From an uncultured virus (IMG/VR IMGVR_UViG_3300029319_006492) (lineage: Duplodnaviria > Heunggongvirae > Uroviricota > Caudoviricetes), in IMG/VR virus record IMGVR_UViG_3300029319_006492: a stretch of 64,000 nucleotides of DNA. One strand, 5' to 3'. Positions 55,687-64,000 of this stretch are shown one piece after another; positions within the stretch are counted from its first letter, which is position 1, and the number at the start of each line of letters is the position of its first letter. The translations under genes and the position numbers were made by a program. The notes under the pieces were generated by a model. The model made no database searches, was not told where the DNA came from, and saw nothing but the letters and a program-made list of their open reading frames with translations.

Positions 55687-58600
55687 TTAAGAGAGACCTC
55701 CCGGTTTACTCTGGAACTGACCAGACTCGTTGAATTTGCCCTGCGATAATTCTTCTCTGACTTTTGCTATCAGTTCTTTCTTTATATCGTCTCTTAATCC
55801 TTCTAAAAAGTTAGCACCATTAAAGTTTACATTTACATTTGTTGGATCAACTTTAACGCTAAGTTGGAAATCCATTAACTTGCTAACAGTTTCTTCAAAC
55901 ATTCCAAATACTTTACCGCCAAGAGAGTTCTCAAACATTTCCTTGAGGCCATTCACCATAGCTTCACCCGGACCTGTAAATACGCCAGCCATCCCTTCAA
56001 GCACACTTTCCTGAGCAGACATCAGGCTAGACATATTGTCTTGACCTATAATAGAGCTTCCAGCAGAAGCGTACATTTCTTTTAGTTTACCAAGTAATCC
56101 ACCGTCAGCCATGTAGACTACCCCGCCTCTTGACATGCCCATTGCGCCGCCCATGCTGGATGCTCCACCTCCGCCATTCATGGCCATAAGTAATGCAAGG
56201 TTGTTTCCTCTTTGGACTGCCGCCCTATTTACAACAAACTCTCCGGGTGTTAGCATAGCAGGTACTGTATCTGTACCACGAGGAACAAACATGCCTCTAT
56301 TTGCATAAATCATTCCACCACGAGCTTTCATTATTGGGTCGCCAATATTTGCTGCTTTGTTAATCTCTCTGTCCATCGTTATCTTTTGCGCTTCAATGAC
56401 CACGTTTGCAGCTTTTACTTGCATTTCTTTTAGGTCAGCACCCATCTGAGCGCCTTCCCCAAGAACTTGCGCCAATTCTCTTCCTTCTGCCCTGAGAGCT
56501 TCTTGTTCAGCGGTGGTGCCAGCCATAACTTGGGCCGCTCTAGGATCTGATATTCCTACGCCTCCCAAGGCTAATGATGATGCTCTTTCCATTGCTTTTC
56601 CAGACAAACCTTGCCCGTCAAGCGTTTTGAGTCCAGCACCCAAAGCTCCAGCCCCAAACGCAGAAGCTAATGAAGCGTCACCAGTTCTTAAAGCTGCTCC
56701 AGCAGCGGCTGCTTGTTGCTGTTCTAGGTAGCCCTCTATGTCACCAGCCAGAAGACTATCAAGGGCAGATTTTTCTGCTGCATTTTTCTGCTTGGCAATC
56801 TCCAGTTCTTCTTGGATCAAACCTATTCTTTGTCTAGTAAAATCTACTAAAGCTTTATTAGCGTCTTGCAATTGTTGACGTTTATCTTCGTCTACTCCAG
56901 CAGCATTAGCGAAAGCGGGGCCAACTGCTCTGCCCTGAGCATCTACCGCACCTCTGGCTCTTCCAAGTGTTCCAAAGTTGGCGGCATCTTGTTGTTTAAT
57001 AAATTTATTTTGTGTGTCAGATAATGCCCTTCTAATGTCGGCAGCATTACCAGCACCAAGACCTCCGACGCCAGCAGCTCCAAGGCTTAAGTTTGCTTGA
57101 GCTACTCTCGCTCCAAGAACTTGGTCGTTTGTTTGTTTTGCTCCACCAAACTCTTCAAATAATTTACCTGCTTCTAGCTGTGTTTCTATTGCTTGCTTTT
57201 GTGCAGCTATAAATTCTTGCTCTACCTTTAGCCTATCCTGCGTAGCAGCTATAAGCTTGTTCTCTGCTTCCGCTCTTTTTCTTTGTAGTTCATTAGCCTG
57301 CTCCGAAGCGGCTTGAGCAACTGGATCAAGTGTTTCTGACAAGATACCAGATATATCTCCTGCTTGTATTTGTTGTAAAATACCTTCATCACTAAAATCA
57401 ACTTTAGAAAATGCGGCCTTTAATCTTTCTGCCGTTTGCGGATCTTGAACATCTTTTAACAACGGATCAAGCAAGGCATTTTTTATAGCTTCAGGGTCAG
57501 TTGCTCCGGTTTCTAGAAGTGTTGCTTTAGCTGACTCAAGGGCAACGTCAGTATTGGCTTGTGCAGATTGAATACCTCTGATGGTTCCAGTCGCCCTGCC
57601 TATCTGTGCTTCATCTGCCCCTGCCGCCCTCATGGACTCTTCTAAGTCTGCAATAGCACTGTCCATCTCAGAAGCCGATATACTCTTGCCAGCAGATGTC
57701 ATTGCATTTTCTAAGGTTGTAGCAGAAGCCGCGAATGTATTGAAACCAGCAGTTTGCGAAGCAGCAATTGTGTCCATCGTTGCGCTCATAGCAACTGCTG
57801 CGCCGGTAGCGTCTCTCAAACCAAAGTTTAGAGATTCTATGTATTTGATATTTTCAAGTGTTGCTTGTCTTTGCTGATCAAAAACCTTTTCTAATTCATC
57901 CATCCTGCCAGAAGCTTCAAGCCCAGCAACATCTTCGTCAGAAAGATTAGATAAGAAATCTTGAAAGTTTGTCGCTTCGCCACCAGCCAGTGTGAGATTT
58001 TTAGCTAATTGTTGGAACTGGGGCTTGGCCTTGTTGAATTCTTCCGTAATTGCTTTTTGAGAATCAACCATGCCCTGTGCGTCTTCTTCTCTGTAACCTG
58101 CGTCTGTGAGCCTCTTTTTCATCTCTTCATCGGTTTCTAGCTGGCCAGTTTCTGCGCTTGTCTGGCGCTGCATGTCTTTTCTAACTCTTGCTTGGTTAGC
58201 TGCTGCATCTCCAAACGTAGCATTGTCTTCCGCGCTGGCAAAGAGTCCAGTCTTGTCCATCACAAGATTGACCGCGCCTGACTCGACTCTTTCTTGCCCC
58301 GCAGTCAAAGCTGCTGAGAGACTCTTAGTCAAATCTCCGCTCTTTATTGCTTGATTAAATGTTTGATCCCCTTCGCCCTTCTTGATATCTGCCAATAAGT
58401 CTTGCTGCGCCTTGGCGTTTTTCTCTACATTGTTAGTGTATATTTCCATAGCAGCATTTGCTTCAGCCTGCTGCTTGATAGCATCACTACTATCCATTCC
58501 AAGTAACCAGCCAAACGTATCTCTAAAATCTGTAAACCCTTTATAAACTGCATATATAGGATTCACTAACATCATAAAGGCTTTAGCTACTTTGCCAAGT

Positions 58601-61600
58601 ACGCCGCCGGTCATATCATTTAAGGATGAGAATACTCCTGAAACAGTATTTACTACCCCTGTTATCTTGTCTTTTAGATAGTTAAATGCTTTGAAAATGC
58701 TACCAGATATAAGGTCTTTTAATTTCTTAAGAGCCTTGAAAAGCACTCCTATAATAGGAATCTTGCCAAGGAAGTTGTATATATTATCGATAAGGTTATT
58801 GAAGGATTTGCCAAGCCCCACTACGAACTTACCTATACCAACCACGGCTTTCTTTAAGAGCGTGGGGCCGAGAGTTATAAGCTTTGGAATTAATCCAACT
58901 ATAGCTCCAACTACAGCACCAATTGCTGCGCCAAGCGCAGTTCCTGCTCCGGGTATAACGCTACCCAAGACACCGCCAATAACACCACCGGCTGCTGTGG
59001 TTGTCATTGCAAGTTTATTTAAGCTCTTTTGATTTGTCTCTCTTAGTTTTGCTTCACCGGCAGCTTTTATATTCCCTTCTTCAACTTGTTTTTGATACTC
59101 ACCATTAACACCGGCAAGAGCGTCCATAGCGGCTGTGGCGCCATACACTGCGGCTGTCATCGCTGCTGTTGGTGCTGCAACACTAGCTAAGGCACTGGCA
59201 GCAGCTCCGGCTCCTGATCCTAATGCCGCTCCAACTCCGCCAGACAATGCGCCTCCCGCGCCGGTTGCTGCCCCGCCAGCGGAACTAAGTAAACCGCCAG
59301 CTTTGGCTGCTAATCCACCCTTGCTCGCTAAATTGGCTCCCATAGAAGATAGTTTGCCGCCCGCACCTGACAAGCCCGTACCAATCTTGCCAAGCCCCCC
59401 TGTGATTTTACTTCCAAGTCCTTTTCCTCCGCCGGTAAACAAATCCATAGCATTTTGAGCGGCCAACTTAGCAGTCTGAAGATCTAACTGAATACCAAAC
59501 ACAGATAACGCACCGGCAGCAAGAGTAACCATAGATACCATTTGTGTTATGCCGCCAATCGCCATATCAAAGCCCTTGGCAATAGCACTACTATTTTCAT
59601 CTATAGTGGGTCTTAGCGCGTTAAGCGCAGTCGAAACCCCTACAACAGTCATTGCCATTTTTTCGAATGGCCCTACAAGCGCATTGGCTGGCATACCGCT
59701 TGCAGATCCGGCTTTGCCACCATTGTTGAATCCTACCCAGCCTCCTTTGGCAAAACCTTGAACGCGACCACTTTTATTCATAGCGTTAAGGTTGGAATCA
59801 CCAATCTGTTGTGCAGCACTTTTATTTAGTACAAACTCGCCGGGAGTAAGAAGCGCAGGAACCGTGTCGGATACACCACCACCTTTGGCAAACGCTTTAA
59901 TTCCTTTTATATAGTCTTCTCGAACTATACCTTTGTTTAAATCATTATTATATTTTTTAAGTATTGCTTTAGCTGTTGGTTCATTAGCTTCTGGTTTTGC
60001 ATCGGCGGAGCCTGTTGCAATAATATCACCATAAAACTTCTTCATCTGTGCGCCAGCGCTGCTTACGTCAGGAAAGTCAAACGAAGTATCACCACCAGCA
60101 ACCTCGGCCCCAGTTAGTGCAGCGACCATTCCTTCTTGAATGTAACCGCTTATGGTTTGAATTGCAGATGTTTCATTTTTAGCATCTCCAATCAAATTTT
60201 CTCTAATTGAAGCTTCGGCTGTTGAACTGTCGATAGTTATTGGTCCAAGGTTTTTCGCGTCTAGATAATCCCTAACGGCACCTTCTCCGAGTACGCTATT
60301 AATGGTATTTTCTAGATTTGATCTTGCTTTATCTTTTATGGATTTTTCAACTTTACTGGTAAAAGAGCTATCTTCTCTGTCGCCAAAAGTCATGGTTGCT
60401 ACTGAGCCAGCCAATCTTAGTGGAACATTAGCGGTCTCAGCACCTGAAGACTGCCCTAAAATACCCTCCAGTTCTTTTTTTAGATCAGCTTCACTTGAAA
60501 ATCTACCATCTTTGCCAAGGGTCTTTGCTTTTTTTAGATTGGTAATTAACGCCTTGCTTGGATTACCATTGTCGTCAACGAGTCTGGATGAACCGAGCAT
60601 TGGATTGTTAACACCGGGAGGGTTTAAATATGCATATTGCCCACCCTTGTTGAAATCGGCTTTTGAGAGACCGAGGTTGGCCATAGCTTCTGCTTGCGCT
60701 TTACCGCCTCCGGCTCTACCAAGCTGACCAAAACCTTGTAATCCAGCCGCTGCACCTTTTACAAAAAGAGATTCCGAAAGACCGCCTTTTCTAGCTAGCG
60801 CCTTGACAGCAGATACCTTGGTAAGATGTGATGTACTAGTCTTGGTGCCTCCCGGTTCAATACCGGTGGTTATGCTACCTTCACTACCTTGCTGAGGTCT
60901 CAGATAAAAACCTCCTAATGTATTATCTTTAAGCTCAACAACCATCCCGCCTTTTGCATAACCTTTAGCGTTCATCGCCGCCAGCTTGTCTGTGCCAATT
61001 TTATTAGCACTAGACTTTTTTATCACAAATTCTCCGGGTTGCAGCATGGCGGGAACGGTGTCTCTATTGCCTGTCCCCGGAACAACGCCGCCTCGATTGA
61101 AAGCTAGAATTTTGCCACCCTGAGCTTTTCTTTTTGGGTCAAGGCTTGCGGCACCTCTGATAGCGCCACCAAAACCAGCGGCAAAATTACCTAGACCCTT
61201 GGCAAGCTTTATACCAGCAAATACTGTAATCAAGGGGATGAGTGGCTTGATAGCATCAGCGACTTTTATCAAGGCGGATGCTAGACCAAGAGAGGTTTTA
61301 ACTAAGGCTTGAAATGTGCCAGTATTAGAGATGCTTTGTATTAGCTCTGCAAACTCAGCTTTTACTTTTGCGATTTGTGTAGCGAGTGCAATTTGAGCTT
61401 TAGCGGCGTCTTCTGTTAGACTGTTACCGCCATCAACAGCAGCCTGCCTTGCTCGTTCGGCTAGCTCAAACTCTTTAAGCAAAGGAATGACTTTACCGAT
61501 TTGACGGAATCCACCAAGCTCTTCAGCTATTTTAACAAACCTAATGTCACGCTCACCTAATCCAGAAAGCGCCTCATTTAATCTTCTGATGGCTTCAAAC

Positions 61601-62487
61601 GGACCAACGAACTTACCGTCTAGATCTTGTAGTTCAACTCCGTACTGTCTCAAAAACTCAATCGTCTTTGGACGTTGAATACGAGTGAAGATAGTACGCA
61701 AACCAGTCGCAATGCTTTCGGAGCTTTCACGAGTCGTAGCACGAACAGATGTGAATATACCAAGGAACTCTTCTAGCGTACCTCCGGCTTCTTTAAACAC
61801 ACCACCAGTACGGCGGACAGCACCAATAAGGTCTCCAGACTCAACAGCAAACTGCCCAGCTACAGCATTAATGGAACCTAACTGGTTTTCTAAAGCTCCA
61901 ACACCCTGTTTGAACTGCGCCAAAATAGCAATAGCGCCTTCAGCGGTCTCGGTTATGTTTTCAAACGTTGGAGCGAGAGTGGTCTTTGCAAGAGCTGCCA
62001 GAGCTACGTCAAGCTCTTTAGCCTTGATACCAGCCTGAGAAAGAATTCTTGTAGTAGAAAGAAGTTCTTTAGAATTAACACCAAGCGTTTTGGAGAGATT
62101 AAAGATAGTTCTCTCAAGACCTTGGAGGTCTTTCATTGTCTTTCCAGTAACCTGAGAGATTTTAACCATCTCTCTCTGGAAATCAATAGCTTCGTCAACA
62201 GCGTTGGCTAATGTATTTGTGAATAAACTTACAGCTCTACTGGCTACAGTAAAGGCGGCAAATCTCTTGAAGGCCAAACCAAAACTTTTACCCATGTTCT
62301 GAGCTTGGCTAGAAGCTTCTTTTACAGATCTAGTAACCTGATCGACTTGCCTTTTAGCCTGTGCAGCACCCTTCACCTCGACAGGTATATTGATTCCGCT
62401 TAATTGTTTGCGTAAATCAGATATAACCTGTCGGGTGTTCTTAGGGGATTGTAATTTTAATTGTGCAGTCAGTACAAATTTTGACAT
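55687..62487 (-). CDS. Tail tape measure protein (TP901-like core), 2266 aa
   Basis: N-terminal TMP core (AIDFQREMVKISQVTG...ESIATGLRTIFTRI), Ala/Gly-rich hydrophobic middle, long helical regions, three DTVPAxLxPGEFV motifs. Confidence 0.88.
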   Translation of the reverse strand: MSKFVLTAQLKLQSPKNTRQVISDLRKQLSGINIPVEVKGAAQAKRQVDQVTRSVKEASSQAQNMGKSFGLAFKRFAAFTVASRAVSLFTNTLANAVDEAIDFQREMVKISQVTGKTMKDLQGLERTIFNLSKTLGVNSKELLSTTRILSQAGIKAKELDVALAALAKTTLAPTFENITETAEGAIAILAQFKQGVGALENQLGSINAVAGQFAVESGDLIGAVRRTGGVFKEAGGTLEEFLGIFTSVRATTRESSESIATGLRTIFTRIQRPKTIEFLRQYGVELQDLDGKFVGPFEAIRRLNEALSGLGERDIRFVKIAEELGGFRQIGKVIPLLKEFELAERARQAAVDGGNSLTEDAAKAQIALATQIAKVKAEFAELIQSISNTGTFQALVKTSLGLASALIKVADAIKPLIPLITVFAGIKLAKGLGNFAAGFGGAIRGAASLDPKRKAQGGKILAFNRGGVVPGTGNRDTVPAMLQPGEFVIKKSSANKIGTDKLAAMNAKGYAKGGMVVELKDNTLGGFYLRPQQGSEGSITTGIEPGGTKTSTSHLTKVSAVKALARKGGLSESLFVKGAAAGLQGFGQLGRAGGGKAQAEAMANLGLSKADFNKGGQYAYLNPPGVNNPMLGSSRLVDDNGNPSKALITNLKKAKTLGKDGRFSSEADLKKELEGILGQSSGAETANVPLRLAGSVATMTFGDREDSSFTSKVEKSIKDKARSNLENTINSVLGEGAVRDYLDAKNLGPITIDSSTAEASIRENLIGDAKNETSAIQTISGYIQEGMVAALTGAEVAGGDTSFDFPDVSSAGAQMKKFYGDIIATGSADAKPEANEPTAKAILKKYNNDLNKGIVREDYIKGIKAFAKGGGVSDTVPALLTPGEFVLNKSAAQQIGDSNLNAMNKSGRVQGFAKGGWVGFNNGGKAGSASGMPANALVGPFEKMAMTVVGVSTALNALRPTIDENSSAIAKGFDMAIGGITQMVSMVTLAAGALSVFGIQLDLQTAKLAAQNAMDLFTGGGKGLGSKITGGLGKIGTGLSGAGGKLSSMGANLASKGGLAAKAGGLLSSAGGAATGAGGALSGGVGAALGSGAGAAASALASVAAPTAAMTAAVYGATAAMDALAGVNGEYQKQVEEGNIKAAGEAKLRETNQKSLNKLAMTTTAAGGVIGGVLGSVIPGAGTALGAAIGAVVGAIVGLIPKLITLGPTLLKKAVVGIGKFVVGLGKSFNNLIDNIYNFLGKIPIIGVLFKALKKLKDLISGSIFKAFNYLKDKITGVVNTVSGVFSSLNDMTGGVLGKVAKAFMMLVNPIYAVYKGFTDFRDTFGWLLGMDSSDAIKQQAEANAAMEIYTNNVEKNAKAQQDLLADIKKGEGDQTFNQAIKSGDLTKSLSAALTAGQERVESGAVNLVMDKTGLFASAEDNATFGDAAANQARVRKDMQRQTSAETGQLETDEEMKKRLTDAGYREEDAQGMVDSQKAITEEFNKAKPQFQQLAKNLTLAGGEATNFQDFLSNLSDEDVAGLEASGRMDELEKVFDQQRQATLENIKYIESLNFGLRDATGAAVAMSATMDTIAASQTAGFNTFAASATTLENAMTSAGKSISASEMDSAIADLEESMRAAGADEAQIGRATGTIRGIQSAQANTDVALESAKATLLETGATDPEAIKNALLDPLLKDVQDPQTAERLKAAFSKVDFSDEGILQQIQAGDISGILSETLDPVAQAASEQANELQRKRAEAENKLIAATQDRLKVEQEFIAAQKQAIETQLEAGKLFEEFGGAKQTNDQVLGARVAQANLSLGAAGVGGLGAGNAADIRRALSDTQNKFIKQQDAANFGTLGRARGAVDAQGRAVGPAFANAAGVDEDKRQQLQDANKALVDFTRQRIGLIQEELEIAKQKNAAEKSALDSLLAGDIEGYLEQQQAAAAGAALRTGDASLASAFGAGALGAGLKTLDGQGLSGKAMERASSLALGGVGISDPRAAQVMAGTTAEQEALRAEGRELAQVLGEGAQMGADLKEMQVKAANVVIEAQKITMDREINKAANIGDPIMKARGGMIYANRGMFVPRGTDTVPAMLTPGEFVVNRAAVQRGNNLALLMAMNGGGGASSMGGAMGMSRGGVVYMADGGLLGKLKEMYASAGSSIIGQDNMSSLMSAQESVLEGMAGVFTGPGEAMVNGLKEMFENSLGGKVFGMFEETVSKLMDFQLSVKVDPTNVNVNFNGANFLEGLRDDIKKELIAKVREELSQGKFNESGQFQSKPGGLS

Positions 62488-62533
62488 CTTATTTCTCTGT
62501 AAGTGATGACCACACTATCTAAAGCTATCCGTT

Positions 62534-63418
62534 TTATTCAGTTTCTACTTGTTCAGTTTTCTTTGCAGTGGTTTTCCTAGTCGTTCTTTTCTTTCTTGGT
62601 TTAGGTGCTGGTTTTTCTTCGGCTTCTTCGTAAAGATCGTTCTCGTATTCGACCATTTCGTAGAGTCCGTCTTCGTCTATTCTATTGCCGTCAATATCTA
62701 CTCTATGACCATCATCATCTAAGTAATGGCCTAGTTCATTAATTCTTCTGCCTTCTGGGTCTACAGTCTCTTTGGTTTTGGGATCAATTAATTGTCCATT
62801 ATTATTGACCAAGTTATGCTGTTTAAGAAAAGCGTTCTCTGGTAGCTTGTCTTCAAAGTCGCTATCAAGGTCGTAAATCATTCTTGCCAACAGTTGAGCT
62901 GATGTAACAGCAACTCTAGATGAACCTCTATTATTGTAATCTTCGTAAGAAGGGAATAAGGGTTGATCTGTATCACCGTTGTACGAACATTTATACACTA
63001 AAAAGTCAAAACGAGCATTATCCGCTAATGACTCTGCGGTGTTATCATCTGCCGCTAATCTTTCGGAAATTAAATCTCTTAACTCTATTCTTTTTTTCCT
63101 CATTTCTATAGCAATATCTCTACCGTCCGATAGTTTGGGGGCGGCTTTTCCATCCCCCCTGTAAAGCCTCTTTTCTAGCTCTAAAATTTCTTGAGTTAGT
63201 CTAGCTTCTACTTTACTTTTCTCTTCGCTCCAAATACCTCTCTCTACCATTATCTTTTCTACCTCGGCTTTGGTCATGACCCCTTCTCTAAAGGCTTTGT
63301 TCCAAGCTTTGGCTTTATGTATGTCTGCTTCTTTTAGTTGATCATTTGTAGGTTTCTTGACAACCACGTTAATGGTTGATCCGTCTTCTGTAACAACAGC
63401 TTCTTGAAATTTACTCAT
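62534..63418 (-). CDS. Putative tail assembly chaperone
   Basis: Immediately upstream of the TMP. Helical and charged, with C-terminal D.EG.R repeats and a basic tail. Confidence 0.5.
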   Translation of the reverse strand: MSKFQEAVVTEDGSTINVVVKKPTNDQLKEADIHKAKAWNKAFREGVMTKAEVEKIMVERGIWSEEKSKVEARLTQEILELEKRLYRGDGKAAPKLSDGRDIAIEMRKKRIELRDLISERLAADDNTAESLADNARFDFLVYKCSYNGDTDQPLFPSYEDYNNRGSSRVAVTSAQLLARMIYDLDSDFEDKLPENAFLKQHNLVNNNGQLIDPKTKETVDPEGRRINELGHYLDDDGHRVDIDGNRIDEDGLYEMVEYENDLYEEAEEKPAPKPRKKRTTRKTTAKKTEQVETE

Positions 63419-63794
63419 CTTCCTGTTTTCCTCCTGTAGGTGGTATTACCGGTATATTCATGCTGTATTTTAGCCATTTGACTTCATACTGGTTTAGTTC
63501 CGCATCCACGTTTCTTGCTTGCGTGTTGCCTTTGTCCAATATTTCGGACCTGACTTTCTGAAACAGTTCATACATGAACTTCTTTTCTTCTGTCATTTCC
63601 GAGTCAGTCGCAGACCATAAAAACGAAAAGTGATCTTCGATTGAAGAAATAGCACCTATCATTGTGGTTTCAACTTTCTTTTTTAAAATCTTAGAAAGTC
63701 TATCCTTTGAATCGTACTTGTATTTCTCAGTTCTCGCTTCCTTGTACTGTGACTTTTTTCTTATAAACTCGTCAAAATTATCCATCTTGATCAT
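63411..63794 (-). CDS. Hypothetical helical protein in the tail-chaperone region
   Basis: Overlaps both neighbours; AGGAG RBS. Confidence 0.6.
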   Translation of the reverse strand: MIKMDNFDEFIRKKSQYKEARTEKYKYDSKDRLSKILKKKVETTMIGAISSIEDHFSFLWSATDSEMTEEKKFMYELFQKVRSEILDKGNTQARNVDAELNQYEVKWLKYSMNIPVIPPTGGKQEDE

Positions 63795-64000
63795 CTCCTA
63801 AATTTATTTTTGTACATCTCGTTTTGCTGTGACCTAATCTTAAGCTGCTGATCTTGGAAGTCAAGATCTGAAGCTTGTCCTTGGTCTTGTATAACAGCCA
63901 TTCTCTGTTTCTTAACAGCTTGAGAATGTAAAGAGTTCGTTTCGTTTATCTTCTTAGCACTATCTTCATTGTCAGCAAACACGAAAATTTCCGCTGATTG
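63791..64000 (-). CDS. Hypothetical protein, C-terminal part (truncated by window edge)
   Basis: The frame is open to the window end (...SAEIFVFADNE...KNKFRR*). Confidence 0.55.
   Translation of the reverse strand, partial: QSAEIFVFADNEDSAKKINETNSLHSQAVKKQRMAVIQDQGQASDLDFQDQQLKIRSQQNEMYKNKFRR

Noticed and set aside
30563..63200. Numerous short plus-strand ORFs opposite the structural genes (e.g. 42690-43301, 60302-60727)
   Set aside because: Antisense shadows of long genes, with no RBS or recognisable motifs.
62488..63800. Programmed -1 frameshift in tail chaperone genes (lambda G/GT-like)
   Set aside because: Only 46 nt separate the 294-aa gene from the TMP, and each upstream ORF has its own start. 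No GT-like extension frame is evident.
1..64000. Stop-codon reassignment
   Set aside because: Standard-code ORFs tile the window tightly, with TAA, TAG and TGA all acting as stops at sensible gene ends.
1..64000. tRNA, rRNA, CRISPR array, integrase or IS element
   Set aside because: Intergenic gaps are short, and I saw no cloverleaf, repeat-spacer pattern, or recombinase/transposase motif.

Overview
Densely coded 64-kb segment of a large tailed dsDNA phage genome in the standard genetic code. A Planctomycetota-like host is suggested by a DUF1501-type gene, but this is inference. Two convergent blocks meet at terminators near 29.5 kb. The plus strand (1-29459) carries a DUF1501-like gene and a PAP2 phosphatase, a mosaic basic protein, and a DnaE polymerase split into two genes with no intein or intron. 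A DnaQ exonuclease, an Endo VII-type nuclease and a small membrane protein lie between the DnaE halves. Next come an SSB, a ~20-kb 25-gene glycosylation island, a Vsr/DUF559-like endonuclease, a putative annealing protein and a Zn-ribbon protein. The minus strand (64000-29528) is a tail module: chaperone-like genes, a 2266-aa tape measure protein, a 4297-aa LamG/FG-GAP/GIFT-like giant protein and several large virion-type proteins. The strongest leads are (1) Ser-Gly enrichment in likely surface-exposed virion proteins beside the glycosylation island, a candidate phage O-glycosylation system; (2) the intein-free split DnaE with its proofreader inserted at the break; and (3) a possible PD-(D/E)xK nuclease cargo bracketed by AxGG repeats inside the tape measure protein. 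All calls come from reading motifs by eye; no database searches were run.
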